From positions 1,184,001 through 1,248,000 of the forward strand of contig CAWHDP010000002.1 of NCBI GenBank assembly GCA_963828125.1: a stretch of DNA of 64,000 nt, given 5' to 3'. Within the stretch, counting starts at the first letter, position 1. Each line of letters opens with the position of its first letter. The notes beneath the pieces were generated by a model. The model did not search any database. It was not told the origin of the DNA and was given only the letters and a program-made list of their open reading frames with translations. Source of the DNA: an uncultured Chlamydiae bacterium. GTDB taxonomy: Bacteria; Chlamydiota; Chlamydiia; Chlamydiales; SM23-39. Below are positions 40,588-49,987 of the stretch, piece after piece. The position numbers and the translations under genes were made by a program.

Positions 40588-40701
40588 AGCGCTATAGACA
40601 GTCGATACAGCGCTGAGAAATGTACAAAGTCGAGTTACGATCCTCGGTTTTGGCCCTTTCACGCTTGCCCAAATTCACACTTTTGGGGTGGCCGCAGTAT
40701 A
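40588..40701. repeat. Dispersed repeat: one arm plus probable internal sequence of a longer element
   Basis: agcgct...agcgct internal hairpin, then ttcacgcttgcccaaattcacacttttggggtggccgcagtata (40658-40701); left boundary uncertain. Confidence 0.82.
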
Positions 40702-40706
40702 ATCAA

Positions 40707-43046
40707 CTATCCTGCGGCAGAGATCAAGATTTGGATCGCCGCATTGTCGCCGTCGTGCAAATGGCCTGCCATTGACATAGTGCTTTGGGCCTCTTGGGTT
40801 TGCTCATTGATCATGATATCCCGATCGAGGTTTGCATCTTTTTGGAGCTGATCGATGAAGGCGTGCAATAGATCTGCGACGCTTCCGTTCATTTGCATAG
40901 CTGTCACGGCGCCGGCTTGTTGTTCAGTGGTCTCATACATGCCATAATTAGAGGCAGCCTCCACTATATTTGGGCCGAGCTGCGCGAGCTGCACCACCCG
41001 AGGAAGAGACGATATCATCGATTCGGTCACCATTCCAGAGCCGCCCATCATCGCAATCATTTGGACCAATTGCTGGATCACTTGCATGATGTCCTCAAAT
41101 GTATTACCCGAGGCGCCGATTGTCTTAAACATCTCCGTCAGCAAGCCCGTGTTGGCAAAAGCGAACACTAAGGCCCACTTACCCCGATCCAAGGCAGCCC
41201 GACCTGCCGAACGGGCCGAATCTGCAGCCACGCTATCGGCTGCTTTACCAGTCACGTTGGCGACCGCTTCATCAGCCGCCCGTTTAGCCGCACCTTCGAC
41301 GATGGCCTCACTGGACTGAACCCCTCTCGCGGCCAGTTTCGCAAGGGTAGCTGCATCCTTAACAGCCGCTGCAACAGCCTCTTCGGCCGCCCGTTCCATC
41401 GTCTCTTTCAGCATCTGTTTCAAAGTCCCCTTCGCCACCATCTCCATGAGGACTCCGAATGGCTGCTTAAGGAATTGCTGCGCCGCGCCTGCAGCTGCCT
41501 TATCAGCTGCCTGCATAGTCACTTCTGCGAGGGCATTTTCCACAGCCGTCTTCGCCGCCTGATCCCCTACTTTCCCTGCCGCCTCTAACGCCGCCTGCAC
41601 AGCCTTTTCAACGACAGCTTCCGTCGCCGCCAAAGCCGTATTGGCAGCCTTTGTAACAAGTCCCGCAACCAACCGCGCAGCCAGCCCATCTAGCACAGCT
41701 CCGCCGCCCATCGTCAATGCCATTTCCATCCCGCCGACAATCAGATCCGCGCCAATCTGACCTCCTACCGCTTTATCGATCGCATCGGTCAACCCTCCCA
41801 TGACATCGCAGATTCCCTCTGTCTGCAATGCTTGGAGCGTAGTCACCATCCCTATCAAAAAGGCAGTTCCAAACCCCGGCGCCATCAGCGCCATCGCCGC
41901 GCCTAAAACCACTTCACAGATGAGCAGCGTCGTCTTCAGAATCGACGCATTCCGCTCCACTTCCTCTTCGATCTTCTGATTGGCCATCGTATCATCGATA
42001 TTATCCTGGCTCGCTATGATCGCCCCTGATGACATCTGTTGGTTATTTTTCGTTTTCTCACCTTCGACGTTTTGCTTCACAACCTGAATGAACGTGAGCA
42101 AGAACATCACCAAACCGAGGATCGCCCCCTGTTTTTCTTTCGCGCTCAGCGTAGGATCGGCGAGGATCTTTTGGACCTCTTTCATAATCGCCTTGATCAC
42201 GTCGAGAACTTGCGTAAATTGGGGCATATAAGACGAAATTTCAGGGCCCAAAGCGCTCATCAAGGCTCCAAGCCCGTGGATCATGTCGGTGGCGCTAGCC
42301 ATCGTCGACTCATCGCTTGCTTTATTTGATTCCGCATCGCCGCAATCGAGGTAGGAGGCGACTTCGTCCCAAATGTTGTAGCCATTAAGATCGATGTTGG
42401 CATTGTTATAAGCAGTCCGGTAATTGGAGATCATAGCCTGCAACGAACTCATTAATGTACTCAAAGTCCCTTGTTCCCCGCTTTCATATTGGACGGCGTC
42501 CTCCGCCAACTGCGCCAATTGGTTCGCAGTGAGTTGATCGGCGGCCGAACTATTCATCTCCGCAAGATACACATCGCCCTGCAGCTTTTGCTTCATCGCC
42601 TCAAAGACTTTGCCCATAGCCCCCTGAAGATTCTTCAAGTCGTTCGCCAAATCTTTACTGTTGACGCTATGATTGCTCGCCGTTTTATTGATACACTCCA
42701 CCAAGCTATCCAATGAATCACAAAGAGAGCTAAAATCAGAGTTTAGATCGGTCAAATTCTTTTCTTGCGTCTTGATATCTGCTTCAGCGTCGTCCCTATC
42801 GGCCACAATCGTCTTTAAAAAGCTTGCGGAGGTGGGAAAACCCATCATTGTAAACGGATGCAAGAGCGAAGCGTCATGGGCGATCCGATCCGTATCCCCC
42901 TTCATTGCCGCAACAAACGCCTCGGCCGCCTGATACTGCTTTTGTATGGCAGCAAAAGCCTCTTGTTCATCATTATTTATACTGTTTACTTTAGTTCCCA
43001 CAACACCCTCTAAATTACTATCACCCTGTATAGTTAATTTTATCAC
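40707..43046 (-). CDS. Putative type III secretion major translocator (SctE/CopB/YopB-like)
   Basis: N-terminal coiled coils, hydrophobic segments LLICEVVLGAAMALMAPGFGTAFLIGMV and LIVGGMEMALTMGGGAVL, Ala-rich region, C-terminal coiled coil; no Sec signal. Confidence 0.65.
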   Translation of the reverse strand: MIKLTIQGDSNLEGVVGTKVNSINNDEQEAFAAIQKQYQAAEAFVAAMKGDTDRIAHDASLLHPFTMMGFPTSASFLKTIVADRDDAEADIKTQEKNLTDLNSDFSSLCDSLDSLVECINKTASNHSVNSKDLANDLKNLQGAMGKVFEAMKQKLQGDVYLAEMNSSAADQLTANQLAQLAEDAVQYESGEQGTLSTLMSSLQAMISNYRTAYNNANIDLNGYNIWDEVASYLDCGDAESNKASDESTMASATDMIHGLGALMSALGPEISSYMPQFTQVLDVIKAIMKEVQKILADPTLSAKEKQGAILGLVMFLLTFIQVVKQNVEGEKTKNNQQMSSGAIIASQDNIDDTMANQKIEEEVERNASILKTTLLICEVVLGAAMALMAPGFGTAFLIGMVTTLQALQTEGICDVMGGLTDAIDKAVGGQIGADLIVGGMEMALTMGGGAVLDGLAARLVAGLVTKAANTALAATEAVVEKAVQAALEAAGKVGDQAAKTAVENALAEVTMQAADKAAAGAAQQFLKQPFGVLMEMVAKGTLKQMLKETMERAAEEAVAAAVKDAATLAKLAARGVQSSEAIVEGAAKRAADEAVANVTGKAADSVAADSARSAGRAALDRGKWALVFAFANTGLLTEMFKTIGASGNTFEDIMQVIQQLVQMIAMMGGSGMVTESMISSLPRVVQLAQLGPNIVEAASNYGMYETTEQQAGAVTAMQMNGSVADLLHAFIDQLQKDANLDRDIMINEQTQEAQSTMSMAGHLHDGDNAAIQILISAAG

Positions 43047-43072
43047 AAAACTAATTTAATTTCACCATATTT

Positions 43073-43101
43073 ATTCACACTTTTGGGGTGGCCGCAGTAT
43101 A
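43073..43101. repeat. Dispersed repeat, single arm
   Basis: attcacacttttggggtggccgcagtata. Confidence 0.88.
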
Positions 43102-43113
43102 ACTAATCCAGTT

Positions 43114-43142
43114 AAAAAAAAACCGCAGTCCGAAGACTGCGG
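43114..43142 (-). terminator. Rho-independent terminator after 43169..44104
   Basis: Minus strand CCGCAGTC-TTCG-GACTGCGG followed by T9. Confidence 0.88.
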
Positions 43143-43168
43143 CCGAGAGAAAGGAAGAAAAAAAATGA

Positions 43169-44104
43169 TTACCCTCGTGTCTGGGCCACCTGGCCATATC
43201 CAGAAGCGACCGAATCGGCTGCTTGTTGGTATTGCGATTGCTGCTGCTGGGCTGCATCGATAAAGCCGCCCTGTTTTTGCTGAATGGTTTGAACCACCCC
43301 CGCCTCCGCCTGTTCTGTTTGAGACCTGCTCGTATAGCCAGCCTCTTCGAATTTGAAGGGCGTCTGGACCCCTTGAGTGACTGTTGGCATAAATGCGTTC
43401 AGCATGTTCGTGAACTGAGTAAACTGATTGGTTAACTCCCCTTTTTGGGCATTTAGGTCTTTGATGTAGTCGTCCAAATTCCTTGCAATGTCCTTCTTTG
43501 ACTCGGATAATTTAGCATGCTCTACCGCATCCTCATTCAATTTATCGGCTCTGTCCGCCTCGACTTTTTGAGCGTCATCTAAGCTCACCCGTTTCGCCTT
43601 ATAATTTTTGAACGCATCGTTGCCCTGTTCTTTCCAGGCGTTGAGCTTTTGTTCCACTTCTTGGCTAGGAGCTGGGAGCGCCGCACCAGGCGCATCGTCA
43701 TTCTCTTCTTGGACTAAATTCAGTTTGGGAGGAGCGTTCAGATCTTTCTGCATCAATTTCGCATCATCTAGCTGCTCGTCCAACGCGCCCGTTCTCGTCT
43801 GGCCAGCCTTAAAGGCAGTGAGCCCCATGCCCACCACTCCGATTCCTGCTGAAACCGCATACTGGACCGCTTGCATTTTGATCGCTTGCCCCTGGTCGTC
43901 CGCAGCATCAACGGCCGCGGCGAGGTAATTCTTCACAAACCCCTCGTTCCCATCGAGTCCGCCATAACTTTCCGCATAATTGATGGAGTTCTCTTCGCTT
44001 TGCTCCATCATCTGCAAGAAATACTTCGACTGCTGGCTCATCGCCTTATAGGTCTGTCCACCCTGACCCATCGGCATAGAGCCGTATTGATTATTTGTAC
44101 TCAT
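43169..44104 (-). CDS. Putative type III secretion minor translocator (SctB/CopD/YopD-like)
   Basis: One hydrophobic segment AVQYAVSAGIGVVGMGLTAF; Q-rich amphipathic C-terminus. Confidence 0.55.
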   Translation of the reverse strand: MSTNNQYGSMPMGQGGQTYKAMSQQSKYFLQMMEQSEENSINYAESYGGLDGNEGFVKNYLAAAVDAADDQGQAIKMQAVQYAVSAGIGVVGMGLTAFKAGQTRTGALDEQLDDAKLMQKDLNAPPKLNLVQEENDDAPGAALPAPSQEVEQKLNAWKEQGNDAFKNYKAKRVSLDDAQKVEADRADKLNEDAVEHAKLSESKKDIARNLDDYIKDLNAQKGELTNQFTQFTNMLNAFMPTVTQGVQTPFKFEEAGYTSRSQTEQAEAGVVQTIQQKQGGFIDAAQQQQSQYQQAADSVASGYGQVAQTRG

Positions 44105-44128
44105 AAATCACCCTTTTGATCCCATTTT

Positions 44129-44790
44129 TTAGCTATATATCTGTTGCACCAAGCTTGCAAGATTCCCGAAAATTCCCTGAATCGAGTCGTTGCAATTCGC
44201 AATTGGCTGCTGGGCGCTCGTATCTTGCTGAATCACGCTCCCCTCAGTCTTCGCCTCGTTTTGCCCTGGCGCCTCTTCGTAGTTCGCCTTGGCCTGAATA
44301 ATGCTGCTGAACGAGTTGAGCGTCGCCATATCGGCTGCGGCATTGGTGAGCTTAGAGCTACCGTAACAAGTAGAGAGTATGTTCATGAGCTGCGTACCGA
44401 CTGCCTGCGAATAATCGGAGATCGGATAAGCCATGGTTCCTGAATCCCCTGAAGTCATATACGTCGTAATAAAAGCTTGCAATGCGGCCGCTTCATCATC
44501 CACATTTCCCGACTGGTTGTCTATGTAGTCCAACTGATCTTGCAGAGACATACCCCCAGGCACAGGCGCTCCCCCGGCGGCCCAGGAATGGCCGGATTCT
44601 TCACTGATGAAGCAGATCCCGTGGTCCAATCGGCGGTCAGCGCCTGATTGGTATTGGTCAAAATATCTAACGTTTCGTTGTGCGTCTGCATCGTTCCGAT
44701 GTTACCGAGCAACACGCTGACCGTGACGTCCAAAAAGTATTTATATGTATTCCCATAATTATGATCATGTACTGGTGCTGGCTCTGCCAT
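44129..44790 (-). pseudogene. Acidic helical protein of about 220 aa, split by a 1-nt frameshift in a homopolymer
   Basis: ORFs 44521..44790 and 44129..44629 join as PGPPGGAPVPGGMSLQ if the C5 run at 44571-44575 is C6. Confidence 0.72.
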
Positions 44791-44802
44791 AAATTTCTCC
44801 TA

Positions 44803-45213
44803 TTAATTCCCCAAGACCAAGATGGCCCTATTTGTTGCTTTCGTCACTCCAATCGGCCCTTGCATAACGCCATAGACCTGGTCTAGAGCATTTCCCAACC
44901 ACTGGAGGATCGCTTTATCGTTTTGTAACAAGCTATCCTGGCCCCCTATCTCTAACTGCCCTTGCTGCAAATCGACCTGATACTCCGAATAATCTGCAGC
45001 CGCCGTCGCCGTCGCGCTCTGATCACCGACCGCCTGCAAGCTATCGGTGTAGTATTGTTCGGCGTCTTGATCCCACTGTTTGGACCAATCTAAACTCAAC
45101 GCCGCCATCGCGGAGATCATTGTCACAACCCCCGCCGACTTCCCTATCTGCGACTCCATATTCACATCGGACATCGTCGAGATAGCCTCTCCTAATACTG
45201 CGACTCCGTTCAT
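44803..45213 (-). CDS. Hypothetical acidic helical protein of the translocon-like cluster
   Basis: 136 aa, 1 nt after the upstream stop, AAGGAAG RBS-like sequence. Confidence 0.75.
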   Translation of the reverse strand: MNGVAVLGEAISTMSDVNMESQIGKSAGVVTMISAMAALSLDWSKQWDQDAEQYYTDSLQAVGDQSATATAAADYSEYQVDLQQGQLEIGGQDSLLQNDKAILQWLGNALDQVYGVMQGPIGVTKATNRAILVLGN

Positions 45214-45214
45214 A

Positions 45215-46015
45215 TTAACTTCCTTTTGTCGTCGCTTTATTCGCTGCAGAAATCACGTCCATGATCGCGTGGAACATATCCACGACAAAGGCCTGGACGG
45301 CTTTCGACATATTGGAGTCATTCGAGATGATCTCCTGCGATGCAGCGTTCGTCGATTGCGTGGTCGACGTGTTTTCGTTAAATGCATCCGTTTTCCCTTT
45401 TTCCGCTTCATTAGCAGACTGCGGGTCGCCTTTGGCCGCCAAATCGCTCTGGAGCTGACCGTAGCTTGTAATATAATCTGTCCCCGGAGGCGCATCAGAG
45501 CCTGGAGCGATGAAATACCAACCCGATTGCGGTCCGTCTCCAGCCACATTCGTATCATGAATCTGCTGTCGGATGATCTGAAACTGCGACGCCAATGCTT
45601 GCGATGCATCGGTTCCTAGGGCCGCCTGCAAACCAACCGGATCGCCCGCATCGGAGAGAGCCTCGTACATCTGCTCAGAGTGCTGAGCCACTAAGTCAAT
45701 CTGACTTGGGTCTGTCGTATTCTGGTTCGTCTGCGCCTCAAGATCATTATTCAATCTCGTCAAGTCGCCCTGAATTTGGAGCGCGCCGCCGTCCACTGCC
45801 GACTGAGTGTTCAACTGATCAAACCCCTGATTAGACATCAGCCACGCGAGCATTGTAAAAGCAACCATCGCATCGGAGGTCTTATCGATTTTTTCCATCC
45901 CCGCATGATAAGCCTCAACAGCCGCCTTCAGATCCGCCTGTTCATTTTGCCAGTTGGCAATATCGCTCGTCATCGTGTCCCAATCTGTACCCCAATTATC
46001 TGTATAGGTCGACAT
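45215..46015 (-). CDS. Hypothetical acidic Q/D/N-rich helical protein (tip/filament candidate)
   Basis: 266 aa, GAGGA RBS, amphipathic C-terminal helix. Confidence 0.75.
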   Translation of the reverse strand: MSTYTDNWGTDWDTMTSDIANWQNEQADLKAAVEAYHAGMEKIDKTSDAMVAFTMLAWLMSNQGFDQLNTQSAVDGGALQIQGDLTRLNNDLEAQTNQNTTDPSQIDLVAQHSEQMYEALSDAGDPVGLQAALGTDASQALASQFQIIRQQIHDTNVAGDGPQSGWYFIAPGSDAPPGTDYITSYGQLQSDLAAKGDPQSANEAEKGKTDAFNENTSTTQSTNAASQEIISNDSNMSKAVQAFVVDMFHAIMDVISAANKATTKGS

Positions 46016-46017
46016 AG

Positions 46018-46392
46018 TTATATCCTCACATTTTTATTGCGGCGTTTAGATCTTTTCGGCTCAGCCTCTACCGGCTTTTCCCCGGTAATCTCACATTTAA
46101 CCGCCTGCATCGCCCTCCACTGATCGGGATGAAAAAAGTCTTTATTATTCAAATTAGACTTCAAAACCTCGGGAGAATATCCTAAACTCTCAACCACTCG
46201 GTCGAAGCTAGCCCAGAATTGCTGACAACGGCTTCCAAATCTTTCAAAATAGTCCCCATTGACAGTCCCCTCTTTCTGCTCATAATAGAGCTGGGCCATC
46301 GCCTCAAAGTGCTCCGCAAGCTCCATACAGGCCGGATTTGTCTTAAAGGACTTTGTCTTTTCAATTATTTCTCTTAATCTCTCTAGTTCCAT
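46018..46392 (-). CDS. Hypothetical small helical protein, first gene of the cluster
   Basis: 124 aa, GAGG RBS, basic C-terminal tail. Confidence 0.75.
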   Translation of the reverse strand: MELERLREIIEKTKSFKTNPACMELAEHFEAMAQLYYEQKEGTVNGDYFERFGSRCQQFWASFDRVVESLGYSPEVLKSNLNNKDFFHPDQWRAMQAVKCEITGEKPVEAEPKRSKRRNKNVRI

Positions 46393-46604
46393 AATACCTC
46401 TGTTTTTAGTTTACCAAAATAAACTTTTAATTTCACTAAAAAAATGAAATAAAATCAATAATCAGAACTATTAATCAACCATAAATGACTTGTAATAAGT
46501 TATTTACGAATAAATGTCAGGCGGTTTATTATTATTAACGGGATATACTCTTGTTTATTAATTAATTTTATTAATATAAAATAAATACAAAGGATAATGT
46601 TACT

Positions 46605-48095
46605 ATGTCTGCACCAACAGGAAATGTGATCTCCCTATCGGCGAACCCCTCCGCAGGCCACGGATTTGTCTCCATCAGCGCGGTTCCCGCACGGCCTATC
46701 CAGCCGAACATTAGCATGGTGCCGCAGCCAGGCGCCGTGGGACACATGCAGTATGTGCCGCCTGCCGCTGCAGCCACCTGGAGGTTGGTAAGTAGTTATA
46801 GGCAGACTACGCAGGAAATCGATCTCAAAAAAGAGGCCTATAAACAGATGGACGTAGCGCCGCTCAATCAAATCTGGGATGGGGTCAAAGCACACCTATT
46901 GACCATCGATCCTGCCGCCCATGGGATACGGATCGATTACGGCAATCTCACAATCCGCTATTTAGACGGCGCAGACCAGGTCCAATATCTCGCGCTGTCC
47001 ACTGTCGCCCCGAATGGGATTCCGCTCGATCCAGCCCTATTAAATCTCATTAAGAAGGTGAGAACGACAGCCCAAAAACTGTGGGTTAATTTAAAGCTCG
47101 CCCACGAATTTAACGACGGCGCCGTCAGATCCATCCAGGGAGATAAACCGTTTGTGATCGCAACTGACAAATGGCGGGGGCTTATGCCAAAGACGGTAGC
47201 TGGATTCGTCGACGGAGGACACTTTGCGCAGCTGCAGAGAATTGTTCGAACCATACCGGCTAGCAAAGAGGCCCTGAAAAGTATGTTGACGGCAGAGGCC
47301 TTCATTCAAAAATTCAAAGATCAAGTCAAAGCGCAAAAAGGGCAGCTCGAGGCGGAAATCAAAAGCTCGCAATTCCCAACTCTCCCTATCGCTGACCAGA
47401 AACAAAAAAAGGTATCGCTCTCTCAGCTCCAAGAATTAGAAAAAGAGATTGAAACAGTAGACCGATGTCCTATTTATTGGGCGGTAGGCGTTTGGGGAAA
47501 TACCGATCCCACCACAGCCACTCAAAGAATGCGCTTCAATAAAGCCCAACAAATCTCCGAAGGGGTCGCATCGTACTTGAATGGACAAGTCAAGCCGGGC
47601 GAGGATCCCCGTTTAGCGCCATCGGACGGTTCCGGATGGGGCGTATGGGGTAAAATGAAACAAGGAATGGGTCTGGTGCAATATTATACAGGATTTGGGA
47701 AACCGCAAGCAGAGGCGGTTTTGGGAGTGGGGCCAGCGATTAGTAAGTACGCTGCAGAAGCAGGGGACCTTGTCCTTTCAAGCAAACTCGAGCTGATGAG
47801 ACGCGTAGAAGAGGACGGAAACCGGGAGGCTGCAGGACCCTCGCTGATAGACTTTATCACAAATAGCGTCATCCATCTCAATGATCCAGCCTACGATGCA
47901 GCTGCGGCCTTCGCAACTCTTCATCGGAAGCTAGATCCGGCGATTGAGGCAAACGTTATCCAAGCCGTGGCCCAAGCCAAGCAAGAAGCGGTCACCATCC
48001 GAGGACAGCTCGGAAACCGCTCGCTTTCGAACAATGTGCAAGAGGATTTGGCTGGATTAAAAACACATCCTGCATTCAAGGCATTGATCCAATGA
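46605..48095 (+). CDS. Hypothetical protein (effector candidate)
   Basis: 496 aa; low-complexity S/P/A-rich N-terminus and central coiled coil; divergent from the translocon-like cluster. Confidence 0.8.
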   Translation: MSAPTGNVISLSANPSAGHGFVSISAVPARPIQPNISMVPQPGAVGHMQYVPPAAAATWRLVSSYRQTTQEIDLKKEAYKQMDVAPLNQIWDGVKAHLLTIDPAAHGIRIDYGNLTIRYLDGADQVQYLALSTVAPNGIPLDPALLNLIKKVRTTAQKLWVNLKLAHEFNDGAVRSIQGDKPFVIATDKWRGLMPKTVAGFVDGGHFAQLQRIVRTIPASKEALKSMLTAEAFIQKFKDQVKAQKGQLEAEIKSSQFPTLPIADQKQKKVSLSQLQELEKEIETVDRCPIYWAVGVWGNTDPTTATQRMRFNKAQQISEGVASYLNGQVKPGEDPRLAPSDGSGWGVWGKMKQGMGLVQYYTGFGKPQAEAVLGVGPAISKYAAEAGDLVLSSKLELMRRVEEDGNREAAGPSLIDFITNSVIHLNDPAYDAAAAFATLHRKLDPAIEANVIQAVAQAKQEAVTIRGQLGNRSLSNNVQEDLAGLKTHPAFKALIQ

Positions 48096-48307
48096 ACCAC
48101 CACTACTTAAAAACATTAGAAGCGGGATTACAAAATCCAGAAGTGACGCGCGAAGGGATTAAAGCGATGTTGGAAAATATGGACTTTTTTCTCAAAGTTT
48201 TGCGAGTCAAGATCGAATCGAAAGATCCCGAAATGCAAAAACAGGCCATGGAAGAACTGAGGGAATTCCAAACCCTCCTTCAACAACAATCGATCAAAAC
48301 TTCCTGA
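48092..48307 (+). CDS. Small hypothetical helical protein
   Basis: ATGA overlap with the upstream gene; resembles 49988..50338. Confidence 0.65.
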   Translation: MNHHYLKTLEAGLQNPEVTREGIKAMLENMDFFLKVLRVKIESKDPEMQKQAMEELREFQTLLQQQSIKTS

Positions 48308-48317
48308 GAACGGCGTC

Positions 48318-48390
48318 GTATACTGCGGCCACCCCAAATTCACGTAAAAGTTCAGGCCCCTTCGGGGACTGAACTTTTACCAAAAAGTGT
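48318..48390. repeat. Dispersed repeat arm followed by an unrelated hairpin
   Basis: gtatactgcggccaccccaaattcac (48318-48343), then gtaaaagttcag...ctgaacttttac (48344-48380), then caaaaagtgt. Confidence 0.8.
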
Positions 48391-48448
48391 TGCCTAAAAA
48401 AAGAGAGCCTGAAATGGTGCGATTTAACTGGGTCTGTTCACAGTCCTC

Positions 48449-49876
48449 ATGGGCCCCTCAGTACAGAAAAATATGGAACCCATCCCTGAAAAAATCGGCG
48501 AATATAAGATCAAAAGCCTCTTTAAAACGGGAGGAATGAGCCTCATCTATCTCGCCGCCCATCCGAAAACAGGGCAAACCGTCATCGTGAAAGTACTCCG
48601 CCCTCTCTACCTCAACGATAAAGCGATGGCCTCCCGCCTTTTGAGAGAGGCGCGAGTCATTGGCCTCGGGCATCATCCCAACATCGTGAAACTCTACGAC
48701 CTCGGCCAGTGGGAAGAGGGGCTTTTCATCGCCATGGAATATGTGCAAGGGATCTCTCTTCACCAATTCATCCGCGAAAAAGCCCTCACCCTAAAAAAGG
48801 GGCTTGAAATCATATTGCAGATCGCCGAAGGGCTCAAATTTCTCCATAGCCACGGCATCGTCCACCGCGATCTAAAGCCAGAAAATATCCTCATCACCGA
48901 ATCGGGAGCAATCAAACTCGTCGACTTTGGCGTCTCATTTTTTTTAAACGCCCCCGATCAAGAACAAATCACAGTCAAAGCGATGAAAATCGGAACTCCC
49001 ACCTACATGAGTCCTGAGCAAAAAGAAAACCCGAAAAAAGTGAGTTATGTCTCAGATATTTTTTCTTTAGGACTCATCACTTACGAACTTTGCGTCGGGC
49101 GCCCCTCTCATGGAATCGTCTATCCCTCCCTGCTCCCAAAAGGACTCCGCGCCGTTGTAGACAAAGCTCTCCAAATCGATCCGGCAAAGCGGCAAAAAAA
49201 CATCGATCAATTCATCGAAGAGATCGGCCCCCTATTAAAAACGATCGACCAGGAAGAAGAACCCGAATTTCAGACTATTTCAAGAGTTCCCCCCTTTTGG
49301 CCTCAAGCCGAGATCGGCGTCGCCGTCCGCCATGGACATTTACTCCAGAATCTCTATTTCGATTTTCTCCCCCTTGGAGAGACAAAGTTGGGAATCATCG
49401 CCGCCGAATCCCCCTCCCTCGGAGAAATCGGCCTGCTCAAAGGGATCGTTCACACCGCCATCCTACGCACCCAAGCGCCCAAAGAGATCCTGAGGACGGT
49501 TCAAAATGTCTTACTAAAAAGTCAAATGAAGCAAACCTTCCACGTCGCCCTCCTCCTCCTCGACGATGAAAAAGGGACCCTCTCCTATATCTCCTGCCAG
49601 CTCGGCGCCCTTTGGCATTACCCGGAAAACAGCCAAAAACCCCGCATATTGGCCGTCGACAATCCCCCCCTCGGGGCCGATTTAGCCCCCCTTTTGGAAA
49701 TCGAAGAAAACTGGGATCGGGAAACCACCCTCCTCTTCTCTACCCTGCCCATGAACGAAAAAACCCCCTTAGGAGAAGCGCTGACCCTCTCCCCCCAGCC
49801 CTTGGCCCAAACCGTCCTCCAAAGACTCCCCCCAACCGACCAAACAGCCCTCTTATTAACTATTTTTAGACTGTAA
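48449..49876 (+). CDS. Hanks-type Ser/Thr protein kinase with a degenerate SpoIIE/PP2C-like C-terminal region (Pkn5-like architecture)
   Basis: GGMSLIY, VIVK, HRDLKPEN, DFG, GTPTYMSPEQ, DIFSLG; C-terminal YFDFLPL, LSYISC, NPPLG. Confidence 0.88.
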   Translation: MGPSVQKNMEPIPEKIGEYKIKSLFKTGGMSLIYLAAHPKTGQTVIVKVLRPLYLNDKAMASRLLREARVIGLGHHPNIVKLYDLGQWEEGLFIAMEYVQGISLHQFIREKALTLKKGLEIILQIAEGLKFLHSHGIVHRDLKPENILITESGAIKLVDFGVSFFLNAPDQEQITVKAMKIGTPTYMSPEQKENPKKVSYVSDIFSLGLITYELCVGRPSHGIVYPSLLPKGLRAVVDKALQIDPAKRQKNIDQFIEEIGPLLKTIDQEEEPEFQTISRVPPFWPQAEIGVAVRHGHLLQNLYFDFLPLGETKLGIIAAESPSLGEIGLLKGIVHTAILRTQAPKEILRTVQNVLLKSQMKQTFHVALLLLDDEKGTLSYISCQLGALWHYPENSQKPRILAVDNPPLGADLAPLLEIEENWDRETTLLFSTLPMNEKTPLGEALTLSPQPLAQTVLQRLPPTDQTALLLTIFRL

Positions 49877-49987
49877 ATAATTGATAATGAATGAGTTAAC
49901 TCTTAATGCTATTAATTTATAATAAATAATATATTTACAATTACGGCAAATTGGGATATAATAATACTTTTAAGGAGAGATGCAACA

